From positions 800,001 to 864,000 of the forward strand of contig CAVRQT010000003.1 of assembly GCA_963723515.1 (NCBI GenBank): 64,000 bases of DNA, in the 5' to 3' direction. Origin of the DNA: Vulcanimicrobiota bacterium. GTDB taxonomy: Bacteria; Vulcanimicrobiota; Vulcanimicrobiia; Vulcanimicrobiales; Vulcanimicrobiaceae. The position numbers and the translations under genes are program-made. Under the pieces are notes generated by a model, which was not told the DNA's origin, ran no database searches, and saw nothing but the letters and a program-made list of their open reading frames with translations. This document shows, one piece after another, positions 1 through 10,348 of this stretch (within the stretch, counting starts at the first letter, position 1; each line of letters starts with the position of its first letter).

Positions 1-2405
1 CTCGCGCCAAACGGAACGGTGTAGGTTACGGTGAATTGACGCGGTGAATTCGGACGCGCGATCGTCGCGATTTGCTCTCCACCTAGCGTTGTGTATGGCA
101 CGGCGCCGACGTTGGTCGCAAAAATGCCGCCATAGGTATTAAAGAGATTATTGCCGGCAATCGTGAGGTCGCCGTGGGCCAAATGTAGATCGATGCCGGC
201 GTCGATCACCGTGTATGCCGGCAAGTTTTGCGAATTGTTGGCCCCGACATACTGCGCTGAGACGAGCCCTTCGACAATTGAATGCGGCGCCTTATAGTCG
301 AGGGTCAGCCCCGCTTTATGGAGCGGAGTATTCGGCAGCTGCGCTCCTGGGATGACGATCGAATATGGATTGTTGATCCGCGGATCGCTTGAATTCGCTT
401 TGGCGACGGTGATGTTGTAATACGGTTGCACGTTGAGGTTGCCGAAGTTGAAAGTGGCCGCTACCTGTGCGCCTTCGTAGATCCGCTGCACGCCGCCGAT
501 CGGCACGCTGAAGTAGACGTTTTGCGCGCCAAACGGCACATCTGGTCCCGCGTCGCATCCGCCCGCAGACTGGAAAACCTGCTCGACGGTCGTGAAATAA
601 TCCGGCGGCAAACTTGCGTTCAGAACGGTACCGTTAACCAGCGTCGGCAACACAACGCCGTTTTGCACTTGCCGGTAGACTTGTGCGCTCAAGAGCCCGT
701 TGCGAAAACTGTGCGCATAGCCGAGACGGGCCGACGTGGATGAACTTGCGGCGGGCTCATCGCCCGGCGCATTGCCGTATGCGACGTCGCCGTTGCAATC
801 GTATCGCAAGGATTGCGGATCGCTGAGCACGCCGTTACGGCCGACATGCGGCGCAACGCCGCCGATATCATACGGCGGCCGTGTACGTGTCGGCCGTAGT
901 CGGCGTCCACGTCGCCGCCACGCCGGCCAGGAGCGATGACGACGCATTGGACGCTTGGCTAAGCCCAAAGTGGTCGTTCAACTTGAGCTTGGCATTGGAA
1001 CGAATCGTGTCGTTGACCGTTAGACTGCTGTAGTTGCTCGTCGAAGGGGCGCTAACATACGGCGTGCGCCGGAGCTTATCAGCGGAGTTGAGCTCGTCGT
1101 CGTGCTTGTCGAGTTGGCGCTGATGCTGATCGTATGCCGCTCTTTTGCCGGCAGCGTCGCGTTAACGGAAAAACCTTTAGAAGTCGTATCCGTCAAGAAT
1201 CCAGTCGGATCGGGAACGCCGTTGAGATACCGGTTCAATAAATCGCGATCGAATTTGACCGAGTTTTGATAAACCGAGGCCTGCACCGCCGTTTGGCCGA
1301 TCAACGCGCTGTCAGTCAGCGCATACAACGCAAAGTGGCTGGCGATGCTATTATCGGGACCGTAACCGCACGGCAGAGGGCCCGTGATCTGCAAGCAGAG
1401 CAGCGAATTTGACTGGTTCGTATCAAGATACGTCGCACTCAACGTTTGCGATTGGCCGAGGCGATAGCGCAACTTCACGAGATCGCCTTGCGTGTCGTTG
1501 ATGCCGTCGTGTTCATAATCAAGACCGCTCGCATCAAGATATCGCAATCCGTTTGCGAGGCTCGGCGTGCTGCGCGACGTGTGCTGTACGGCGATACCGA
1601 GATTGCCGAGCGATCCCGTTTCTCCGAACGACCAGTACCCTTTGCCGTACGAACCGGCGCTTATGCTGGCTGTACCCTGCCACGACAGCGTCGGCTCCAG
1701 CGTGCGGAAGTTCACGCCGCCGCCTAAGCCGTTGGTTTGCGGACCAAACGAAACGGATGCGCCCCGAAAAAGATCGGAGCTAATCTGCGCGAGATTGCCC
1801 GCGGTTCCCGGAGCGTTCAGTGGAATGCCGTCGAGCGAGAGCGCGGTTTGACTCGGATCGTGGCCTTCGAGCGATACCGTTTGGGTTGCGTCCGTGTCGG
1901 CACTTGACGTCGTTACCGAAACGCCTGAGAGTTTATTGAGCGCGTCTGCAAGCGTATCCGAGAGCTTGCGTTGCGCGCTCGTGTCACCGATCGAGCTCGT
2001 TGAAATAGAGGCCGTGGAGTGAACGGTAACGCTTCCGATCTCTCTAAGCTGCTGGCTCTTGGCGAGCGAAACTGAAACCGTAACCGTCTTGCCGTTGATC
2101 ACTTCGAACTGGTCCGACGTGACGGCTTGGTAATCACGTTTGAAAATTCGAGCGGTGTAAATCCCATCCGGCACATCGGTAAATTTCACCGAACCGGTCG
2201 GACCGGAATACTCGCTCGTCATCACCGGGCCATTGAGCAAAACCCGCGCCATGTCAATCGGTGCCTTGCTCTGGCTATCCATAACATTGATGATGATCTG
2301 GCCGCTGTCCGCTTGCGCAAAGGCAGCAAAGGGCGCCGCGGCAAGGCTCATCGCGACGGCCAGAGTGAAGGTCAACGCTCGTTTGGTCAAGCTATGGCGT
2401 CTCAT
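1..2405 (-). CDS. TonB-dependent receptor-like protein with N-terminal carboxypeptidase-regulatory-like domain (frameshift near 1050; 3' end runs off the window)
   Basis: Signal peptide, 'DVPDGIYTARI' Ig-like domain and plug-like 'LADALNKLSGVSV...LDGIPLN'. A second frame continues to position 1 with a barrel-like C-terminus '...LPAYTVIDAGID...GNNLFNTY...PRQFTVTY'. Confidence 0.8.
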
Positions 2406-2497
2406 GAAATATTAAAAAATGCGCACACGGCGCGTTCTGCGCTAGTCTAGCGTGCCGAGTTTAGAGATTACTGTGATTAACGAAGAGAGCGCCAATG

Positions 2498-2674
2498 TGT
2501 CACGCTGGGCTCAGCGAAGCGCCACCACCCCTGTCACGCTGAGCTTGATCGAAGCGCCACCGCGCCTCTCACGCTGAGTTCATCGAAGCGCCACGATTAC
2601 GGATGCCCATCGATCCTCGACATTCGACGAGCTCGTGCAGCAAGCTCGGGACAGGCGCACTGCTCAGGGTGACA
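2498..2674. repeat. Cluster of REP-like palindromic repeat units
   Basis: Three degenerate TGTCACGCTGAG..CGAAGCGCCAC copies followed by an inverted GCTCAGGGTGACA. Confidence 0.8.
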
Positions 2675-2702
2675 GAGTTTTTGAAGCGGCGCCCGATGAT
2701 CG

Positions 2703-4112
2703 TTAGATTTTTATCGTGACCGTCGTACCGTGGCCAGGGGCGCTATCGATGCGAATGTCGCCACCTGCGCGATCAACGGCGCTTTTAGCAATCGCAAGCC
2801 CAAGACCCGTACCGGTAATCGCTCCCCGTTCGTCGCCCCGGTAGAAACGTTCAAACGCATGCAAGCGTTCTGACTCCGTCATTCCAGGTCCATCGTCGCG
2901 CACCATGATCGCCGTCTTGCCGTCATCACGCGCGGCCCGCAAATGGATCGGCGCGCCCGGTGCATACTTCAGCGCGTTCTCTACAACGTTCCAAAGCGCT
3001 TCGCCGAGTTCAGCGCGGTCTCCGACGACTTGCGACGCGCCGTCGACGCTGTAATCGATCTGGCGTTCGCTGTCGAGTCTTCGGGCGGCGTCGCATTGAC
3101 TGCGCAGCAATTCAGTGAGGTCGATCTGTTCTTGATGCGGCGGCGTTTCTGCGTCGAGCCGAGCGAGGCGCATCAAGCGATCGATCAGCGAACGCATATG
3201 CTCTTTTTCAATTGCCATCGTATTGAGAATCTGTTTGGCGACGTTCGGCTCGGCAACCGCACCACGGCGCAGCACATCGATGTATCCGGCAATTACAGTC
3301 AGCGGCGTGCGCAACTCATGGCCCGCATCGGCTACGAACTGACGCATTCGCTCTTCCGTTCGCCGCCGTTCGTCCATCGAGGCGGCGACATTCGCGGCGG
3401 CCTCATTATACGCACTCGTCAAGGATGCCATTTCTTCACCGTCCGCTAAGAGAAAACGCTGTTGGGCATATTCTCCGCTTGCTAAAGCATGGAGCGCTTG
3501 GGCGACTGACTGCAACGGGCGCAACGCTTGTTTTGAAAAATACCAGCCCAAGAGCCACGCGAGTGCGACCGCGAAAATCGCGATCGTAACGATGATCTTC
3601 CAGTATGGAAGCAACGCAACCCAAATAACACCCAGCGACGGCTCGAAGGCGACAAAGCCGCCGTTTACTTTGGCAAGCCCGATCGGCTCGCGATGCGGTC
3701 CACCCGGCCGGCCGAGCATCTCACGCATGATCATGCGCTGCGCAGGGTTTCCCTCATGCCGCAGCACTGGCGATAGGTTTCCCGGAGAGAGCAGCCGCGG
3801 GTGCAAGTCCTTGTCGCCGGCTAAATAGTGGCCTTGGCTGTCGAAGACCGCAATATTGAGCCCGATTCCGCTTAATTCGTCGATGATGCGCGGCGCGGCT
3901 TGTTTTAGCGACATGCCTTGCGACGCGTATTGATCGGCCAAAATCCGCGCCTCTTCGTGTTTTGCAACCAAGACGTCGCCGCTGAACGCGCCCAACTTCG
4001 AGACCAGAACTAATGACGACGCGATGATCACCATTAGCACGATCACGGCGAGCATCAGTGCATAGGTCGTCGCGAGCCGGGTTGCGATTGACTTATGCAA
4101 GGCCGTACCCAA
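2703..4112 (-). CDS. HAMP-domain sensor histidine kinase
   Basis: Two TM segments, H-box DAGHELRTPL, N-box NVVENALKY, DDGPG and GTGLGL G-boxes. Confidence 0.95.
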   Translation of the reverse strand: MGTALHKSIATRLATTYALMLAVIVLMVIIASSLVLVSKLGAFSGDVLVAKHEEARILADQYASQGMSLKQAAPRIIDELSGIGLNIAVFDSQGHYLAGDKDLHPRLLSPGNLSPVLRHEGNPAQRMIMREMLGRPGGPHREPIGLAKVNGGFVAFEPSLGVIWVALLPYWKIIVTIAIFAVALAWLLGWYFSKQALRPLQSVAQALHALASGEYAQQRFLLADGEEMASLTSAYNEAAANVAASMDERRRTEERMRQFVADAGHELRTPLTVIAGYIDVLRRGAVAEPNVAKQILNTMAIEKEHMRSLIDRLMRLARLDAETPPHQEQIDLTELLRSQCDAARRLDSERQIDYSVDGASQVVGDRAELGEALWNVVENALKYAPGAPIHLRAARDDGKTAIMVRDDGPGMTESERLHAFERFYRGDERGAITGTGLGLAIAKSAVDRAGGDIRIDSAPGHGTTVTIKI

Positions 4113-4769
4113 CGCCGCGCACCGTGCGCAGCATCGAATTCTCGCCGGCGGTGTCTAGCTTGTTTCTCAAATACGAGATGTACGTTTCAACGATGTTCGT
4201 GCCGCCTTCGAAGTCGTGGCCCCAGACAAGCTCGAGCAAGTGGTCCTTACTGAAAACTCGGCGAGGCTCGCGCATGAAGACGGCGAGCAGTTCGAACTCT
4301 CGCTGCGTCAGATCGATCAGCCGCTCGTTTCGATAGACTTCGCGGGTTTCCAGATTCAACGAGAGATCGCGCCAGCGCAGCGCGACATCTTCGATCAACT
4401 GCGGACGCCGTAAGGCAGCCGTCAGATCTCGCGATCAGCTCTTCGAACTGAAACGGCTTAACGAGATAATCGTCTGCGCCGCTCGTCAATCCCGCAACTT
4501 TATCGCCGAGCTCTCCTTTTGCCGTGAGCATCAGTACCGGCACATGCGGTAATCTTGCGCAGCATCGGCAGCAAGGCAAGACCGTCGATCTTCGGCATCA
4601 TGACGTCGAGCACGATGACTTCAGGCTCCCAGTCACGCACGAGCGTAAGCGCCTGCTGACCGTCGGCCGCCGTGCGCACCGCAAAGCCTTCGCGTTCGAG
4701 CCCAAGCTCGAGCATTTCTCGCACGAAGCGGTCGTCGTCGACGACCGCCACGCGTGATTTGGCACCCAT
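4093..4769 (-). CDS. OmpR/PhoB-family response regulator (frameshifted)
   Basis: Receiver VVDDD...[10 protein letters not shown]...MLTAK...[10 protein letters not shown] and w[12 protein letters not shown]...[12 protein letters not shown]...RTVRGVGY, spread over three frames. Confidence 0.93.
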
Positions 4770-4779
4770 CGTACCTACC

Positions 4780-5469
4780 TTAGGGGTGCATTTCGGGGCG
4801 CATATGCCCCATCGCTCCCATCAGCAAGTACTTGCCGGCGTCCGGCGTTTGATTCGCACCCATACCGAAGCGGCCGCGCATCGGCATCTGCTCGAACATT
4901 TTGGCTTGATCCGCATTCAGCAGCGGTTTGATTTGGTTGATGGCCGACGCATGAAGCGCCGTCATCTTTGAGTGCGCATCGTTGCCGATTGCGATAACGG
5001 ATTGCTTTTCGCTCGGTGAGAGGATCGCATCGATTTGTGAGACGAGCTTCTCGTGCTGCGCGCGCATCGCGCCGAATTTGCCCATGTCGGGATGCGGACG
5101 CTGTGCGTTCGGTCCCGATGGAGGCATCGCGGGCATCATGCGTTGCATCGAACCGCGTGCTTGATCGATGATCTGTTGCACTTTCGCACGGTGGTCGGCA
5201 GATAGTGCCGCCATTTCGCGATTGTGCGCATCTTCAGTGATCGAGCGCATCTGCGTCATCGTCGAGCGCATGATCGGTTGAATCTTCTGCCGTTGATCGG
5301 CTGTTAGGTTCAGGCGACCAGCAAAACCGTGCGGACCGCCCGCCGGGCCAGCAGCCGGAGCGCCGGGCATCGCAGCGCTCCCACCTGCGGGTGCGCCGCC
5401 TGTATTCTGTCCGCAGGCGGACATGGAAAGAGCTGCCGCCGCAAGGACGGCAATAAATAATGGCTTCAT
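4780..5469 (-). CDS. Spy/CpxP-like periplasmic lipoprotein
   Basis: Lipobox LSMSAC; repeated LNLTADQRQK / LSADHRAK / ILSPSEKQ / LLNADQAK (LTxxQ-like) motifs; Met-rich; directly upstream of the two-component pair. Confidence 0.7.
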   Translation of the reverse strand: MKPLFIAVLAAAALSMSACGQNTGGAPAGGSAAMPGAPAAGPAGGPHGFAGRLNLTADQRQKIQPIMRSTMTQMRSITEDAHNREMAALSADHRAKVQQIIDQARGSMQRMMPAMPPSGPNAQRPHPDMGKFGAMRAQHEKLVSQIDAILSPSEKQSVIAIGNDAHSKMTALHASAINQIKPLLNADQAKMFEQMPMRGRFGMGANQTPDAGKYLLMGAMGHMRPEMHP

Positions 5470-5513
5470 GACAAGATTTTCCATTGGCATCCTCAATGCT
5501 GGCTGAGAGCGGG

Positions 5514-5963
5514 CTAGGCGGCTTTCAAACCGCCTCGCCAAGCTTGGTAGCGATGCCGGGCGATGAGGGCTGCTCGCGAGACGTCTTCGAGAGGATGCCT
5601 GTGCAGCGTGACGCCGGCTGCCTCTATCCGTGCCATGATCTCTGCCGGTGGCTCCCAATGCGCATAGAGGTGAATTTCTGGTGCGCCCGTCGACTCGGCA
5701 ATGATGCGCACGAGGTCGTCAAAGCCGCATTCCCCTTGCGCTATGAGGCGAGATGCCACGGCGCCGTCAAATGAAGCCACGCTATAGCCGGAGACGACCG
5801 TCAAGAGCTGCCGCACTTCCTCAAGCGAGGCGCCGTCGAAGTCTACCAGCACGACCTCGGGCTCGTGGTCGCCGTCGAGCTGGGCGTGCAAGGTTGCGCC
5901 GATGATCTTGGCGGTTTCCCCGGTCTCAAGGATGGCGCCGCTGCCGATGAAGTACCCTTCCAT
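5514..5963 (-). CDS. Hypothetical protein
   Basis: 149-aa ORF from ATG 5963 with protein-like composition; no family recognised. Confidence 0.65.
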   Translation of the reverse strand: MEGYFIGSGAILETGETAKIIGATLHAQLDGDHEPEVVLVDFDGASLEEVRQLLTVVSGYSVASFDGAVASRLIAQGECGFDDLVRIIAESTGAPEIHLYAHWEPPAEIMARIEAAGVTLHRHPLEDVSRAALIARHRYQAWRGGLKAA

Positions 5964-6025
5964 GGTCACAGTGTGCGATTTCAGAGTGCCAACTGGGTGG
6001 CACTTTGCTAAGTGCTGAAAAGACA

Positions 6026-6244
6026 ATGCGGATCATAGCCTGCCTGGCGACGGTCATCCTGATACAAGGTTGCGCCCACCCGGCTGCCCATGGAACGCGC
6101 GACGGTAGTCTCGCTGCGCCTTCCGGCTACCGCTGCGATCAGGAGATCCCACCGCGCCTTGCAGCTGCGTGCCGACACTTTCGCCATATGCTCGCCCCGA
6201 CACCGCCGCCAACAACGCCGTTGCCACTCCGGAAGAAACGATAA
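6026..6244 (+). CDS. Small putative lipoprotein (paralog 1)
   Basis: MRIIACLATVILIQGC lipobox; YRCD...RLAAAC motif shared with the next gene. Confidence 0.6.
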   Translation: MRIIACLATVILIQGCAHPAAHGTRDGSLAAPSGYRCDQEIPPRLAAACRHFRHMLAPTPPPTTPLPLRKKR

Positions 6245-6289
6245 CGATGGAGCCCATCGCGATTTGACGCAGAACGATTGGGCTCGCAG

Positions 6290-6510
6290 ATGACTAATCG
6301 GTTAGCAGTTGTGGCACTCGCCATTTTGCTGATTGCCGGATGTGCGAGGTCAACGCCACGCGCAGCTCCACGTGGCGGCTCCGTTGCGCATCGTCCTTAC
6401 CGTTGCGATCGACTGCCTTCCCAGCGATTAGCCCCGCCTGCCACCGACGTAAGACCGGCGGGCTGGTCGGAGCATTGGTCCCACCGAAGCATCCAGCCCG
6501 TCGCAAGTAA
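6290..6510 (+). CDS. Small putative lipoprotein (paralog 2; probable one-base deletion near 6432)
   Basis: MTNRLAVVALAILLIAGC lipobox; YRCD...RLA. Adding one C to the C-run restores 'PACHRRK...RRK*' ending at TAA 6508-6510. Confidence 0.55.
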
Positions 6511-6514
6511 CTCG

Positions 6515-7122
6515 CTACGCCGTCGAGGCGAGCTGCGTCCTTTTCCGAGCACCTGACACGAGCAACGCCACCAGCTGATCGACGACCTCCGGATCCCATT
6601 GCGAGCCACGTCCGTGCTGCAGTAACTCCAGGCCCTGTCTAGCCGGAAGCGCTGCACGAGCTTTCGTGGACGAGATCATCGACTGAAATGCGTCGCTCAC
6701 CGCAAGGATCCGCGCCTCAAACGGAATGCTGTAGCCGAACAGCCCATCGGGATAACCCAGTCCGTCAAAGCGCTCGTGATGCGCACGAACGACAACGCGC
6801 AATGCTGCAGTGCGGGAATCTGGTTAAGGATATGTTCCGATGTCACGGGATGCGCCCGGAGTTGCTCGGTTTCTGTCTCCGTCAATGCGCGCGTATTGAA
6901 AACAACCGGATCGGATAGAGCGATCTTCCCCACGTCATGCACAAGCGCGCAGAGCTCAACGTAGGCGATCCCATCGCGCGACAGCCGCATCGCCGTTGCG
7001 AACCGCCGCGCCCATTGAGCCGTACCTTTTGAGTGCGCGTATGTCGTTTCGTCGCGTTCTTTCATCATCGCAAGCAAGCCCATCGCGACTAGAAAGGATT
7101 GCGGCATCATGCTGGGCGGCAT
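6515..7122 (-). CDS. Stand-alone HD-GYP domain phosphodiesterase (frameshift near 6800)
   Basis: RDETTYAHS, LVHDVGKI, HP, HHERFDGLGYPDGL, ARILAVSDAF, GRGSQWDP. Confidence 0.9.
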
Positions 7123-7128
7123 GTAATA

Positions 7129-7203
7129 CTAACCGAGATTCGGCGGCATTATCATGATCAAGTGATGCACAAGTGCGGCAAGACCCAACAAGATAAGATG
7201 CAT
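7129..7203 (-). CDS. Unannotated 24-aa hydrophobic peptide MHLILLGLAALVHHLIMIMPPNLG
   Basis: ATG at 7203 preceded by CAGGGAGGAGTTACC (strong SD); TAG at 7131-7129, 6 bp before the HD-GYP start. Confidence 0.7.
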   Translation of the reverse strand: MHLILLGLAALVHHLIMIMPPNLG

Positions 7204-7265
7204 GGTAACTCCTCCCTGAAGACGCCGAGTGTCATAATGTAACCACAGTACGGGTCCGTCGTCCT

Positions 7266-7281
7266 TAGCCAAAACTGACTA
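7266..7281. promoter_or_regulatory. Imperfect palindrome TAGCCA-AAAC-TGACTA, candidate LuxR-type activator site
   Basis: Inverted repeat with one mismatch; a minus-strand TACATT -10-like hexamer lies at 7241-7236. Confidence 0.45.
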
Positions 7282-7286
7282 TCAAT

Positions 7287-9916
7287 TTAGCGTATGAGGC
7301 CTTCTTGCCGCGCCATGGCAAGGGCTTCCCCTCGGCCACTGCAGCCAAGTTTGTCTATTACGCTTCGGATCTGTGCATGGATGGTATGGATACTGCGCCC
7401 GCGTTCGCTTGCGATTTTTTTCGCGGCGGTGCCGGCCGAAAGAGCTTCTAACACCTCGATCTCCGACCTCGTAAGCCCAAGAATCGCCTGTTGCCTCTGT
7501 TGACGTAACATGTGGAAAACGGCCTCAAGCAGTAATGCGTAGCCGCCGTATTCGTATTTCATGTAGCCACTTAGATCGGCATATAGCATTCTGTCATACG
7601 CTGCGCTCTTAGCAGCCTTAAGCAACACCACGCAAGCAGAGCACAACAATGCCGCGGAGGCGTTTCAGCAAGCTTCTGATTGCGGCGTAGCACTTGAATA
7701 CCATCGTGCTGCGCCCGAGCAGTCCATACGCTAAGCCGATCAGCGCTTCGCGAAGTGCAGCTGCTGAAATTCGTATCGCGAAGACGGCTCGATCTGTTCT
7801 TACGTCTTTAACGCCTGGTCCGCATAACGTAATGCTTCATCGCGCCTTCCATCGGCGCTAAGAAACACAGCGCACTCCGCTCGCCTCAGCGCTCCTAGCA
7901 CCACAAACGATTGCTTGTCGCACAAGCCGCATGTTAGCCGATAGGCCGCCCCAAAGTCTCCTCTCCATGCGAGGCGCATTGCGCGCAATGGTGAAATGAC
8001 TGCTGATCTGAATGGATCGCTCGTATGCAGTGCATCGATTTCATCTTCGAGCTCCTGCATTCGCTGCTCACGACCGCGCCGCGCTTCAATCTCATACATT
8101 TGAAACAACGCTGTCTGGCGCCCTAGTCGGTCGCCACCTTTCGCGGCGCATGAGGCATTCTGTTGCGTGTACCAAAGGCTCTTAGATACGTCCTCATCGC
8201 ATGTCATTTCCGTGACAGCCAAAACGCTGTAAGCTCGAGCCGCCAAGATATAGTAGCCGAGCTCCTCACAAACCCGAGCGGCTTCGGTTGAAGCGGCACG
8301 TGCTGTATCGTAGTCAGCCGTATAAAATGAGGCGAAACCAATTCGTTGCAGACATCTGACTCGGACGCCCTCATTGTCGCAGTCGTCCGCTAATTTAATT
8401 GCGCGTGGAATCAGTGCTTTGGCTGCGTCTATGCGGCCAGCCGTAGCGTGTAGGCTCGCTAGTGCAGCCATTGCTTCAGCACGAAGCCCGGACGGGAGTT
8501 CAGGCGCTCTGGATCAGAGGTTCCAGCGTTGCGATCTCGTTCTTGCCCTGGTTCATCATCAGAATCATCAGCTGAATTGCCGCGGATGCCTTAAACGTCT
8601 CATCCTCACTAAGAGCAATCGCACGTTTGTAGAGATGCTCCGCGCTGTCAAAACGGCCAGCCGCCATCTCTGCCGATGCACGGATCGCGAGCACGCATAG
8701 GATTGTGCGTCTGCATTTCGCTTGGCAAACTTAAGATAGCGCCGCTCACGACGTCACCATGGCCATGCTCTATAAGCTCTAGGCCGCGCCGTTCGATTAT
8801 CTCAAGCGCTTCATCCGCTGCATCAGCACGCGAGAACAATGCCAACGCCTGCGCATCGCGCCCGCTGCACAGTAGAGCTCGCGCAGCCTTCAACTGCACG
8901 CCTCGATACGCTACGTCGCCGCGCTGTCGTAGCTCGTATTGCAAGAAGTCGCGGAACAAATCGTGGCAGCGAAAGCGCTCTTCCGCTTCCTTATATATAA
9001 AGGCAACACGTTGGCGCAGGCGCTCAATAATCGTCTCGGCTCTCTGGATGCCGGCGGAGCGCAAGATCGCTACATCGATTTCCGGCAGAAAAGACGTTAG
9101 CAACAGCAGATCTTCTTGCTCAGGGCTTAGCGACTCGAAGACTTGCTCTGCAAGATAGCGGTAAATCTTTTCCCGCGTCTCGGTTTCCAGATGCTGCAAG
9201 TCGGCCGATCTTAACGTACTGCGCAACGCGAAGGCCAGCGCCGTTGGCCAGCCGCGAGTGAGCGCCAAGATCTGATTAAGCTCGTCATCCCGAACGATCA
9301 CGTGCGCCATTCGTGCGGCACTCCGCGCCTCGTCATAGGTGAATCGTAGATCCATCTCATCGACGCCTAATCCCGTGTCGCCGTAAGCCAACCAGGATGC
9401 GACGGGCAAATCCAATGTCGAACGCGTCGCGATGATCCAGCGAATTTTGGTTTTTGAGCGCTCGATAATCGACGCCACGAACCTGGAAACTTCGGGTTCC
9501 AGTTCTGCAACGTGTAAATCGTCGATCGCAACGAGGCCGTCATATTCTTGGATGTGCGCATACATCCAAATGGCGAGCTCCGTTCCGGGGGACGTTGCAC
9601 TCAGCGCCCCATCGAACGCCTCCGCCAGCGTGTTGCGCAGGTTAGGCGCAACCTCGCTAAACACGTTGACGAGACCGCGCACAAAACCAAGCAGCGTCGC
9701 ATTATCCGCGCGAACATCGTAGCGAAGTGTCGGACAATCGATCGTCGAGAGAAACTGTGTCAGCGCAACAGACTTGCCGTAGCCAGCCGGCGCGACGATG
9801 AGCGTAATGCGCTGTTGCGCTGCCTGCGCGATTCGCTCAACAATACGCTCGCGGTGAATCGGCGTGAAGACGCCGCCGGTGTCGATTCGACCATCAGACC
9901 CAACGGACCGAATCAC
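7287..9916 (-). CDS. MalT-like (LAL) STAND ATPase-TPR-LuxR HTH transcriptional regulator (several frameshifts)
   Basis: Walker A APAGYGKS, Walker B AIDDLH, TRGWPTAL, YLAEQV, FRCHDLFRDFL, TPR-like helical region, C-terminal LTRSEIEVL...TIHAQIRSVIDKLG LuxR HTH. Confidence 0.88.
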
Positions 9917-10000
9917 AAGTCGCGCTCGCTTAATGCCAAGCGTATGGCACTCCTGCCGCTCACATTATGTGTATAAAACTATCCACAGGATGTGCATACC

Positions 10001-10348
10001 ATGAAAAATTCGCTCGACCAATCGCTATCGAAGATGGAGGCATTGCTGCGTCAGGCAGCCTCGCTGGTCGGTGCGCTCTCTGATGCGCTAGCGACCCAGG
10101 CTCAACCGCAGATTGCCGATGAGAAGCAGGCAGAAAGCATCTACGCTAAGGCCCGACAGCGCCATCCGAATACCGGTAAACCGTGGAGCGGCGAAGCGGA
10201 CGAAGAACTGCGAAAGCTCTTCGAAAGCGGCAATACGATCGAAGACCTTTCGATTTACTTTCAGCGGACGAAAAACGGTGTGCGAGCGCGCCTCGTGAAG
10301 CTCGGCCTACTCGAGGCGACTCAATTTCAACCAAGATTTGTGGCCTAA
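10001..10348 (+). CDS. Small protein with C-terminal HTH-like domain
   Basis: 'HPNTGKPWSGEADEELRKLFESGNTIEDLSIYFQRTKNGVRARLVKLGL' resembles a Myb/SANT-like HTH module. Confidence 0.75.
   Translation: MKNSLDQSLSKMEALLRQAASLVGALSDALATQAQPQIADEKQAESIYAKARQRHPNTGKPWSGEADEELRKLFESGNTIEDLSIYFQRTKNGVRARLVKLGLLEATQFQPRFVA

Noticed and set aside
9979..9987. DnaA box (CTATCCACA; also GTATCCACA near 21993)
   Set aside because: Isolated one-mismatch hits with no cluster or origin context.
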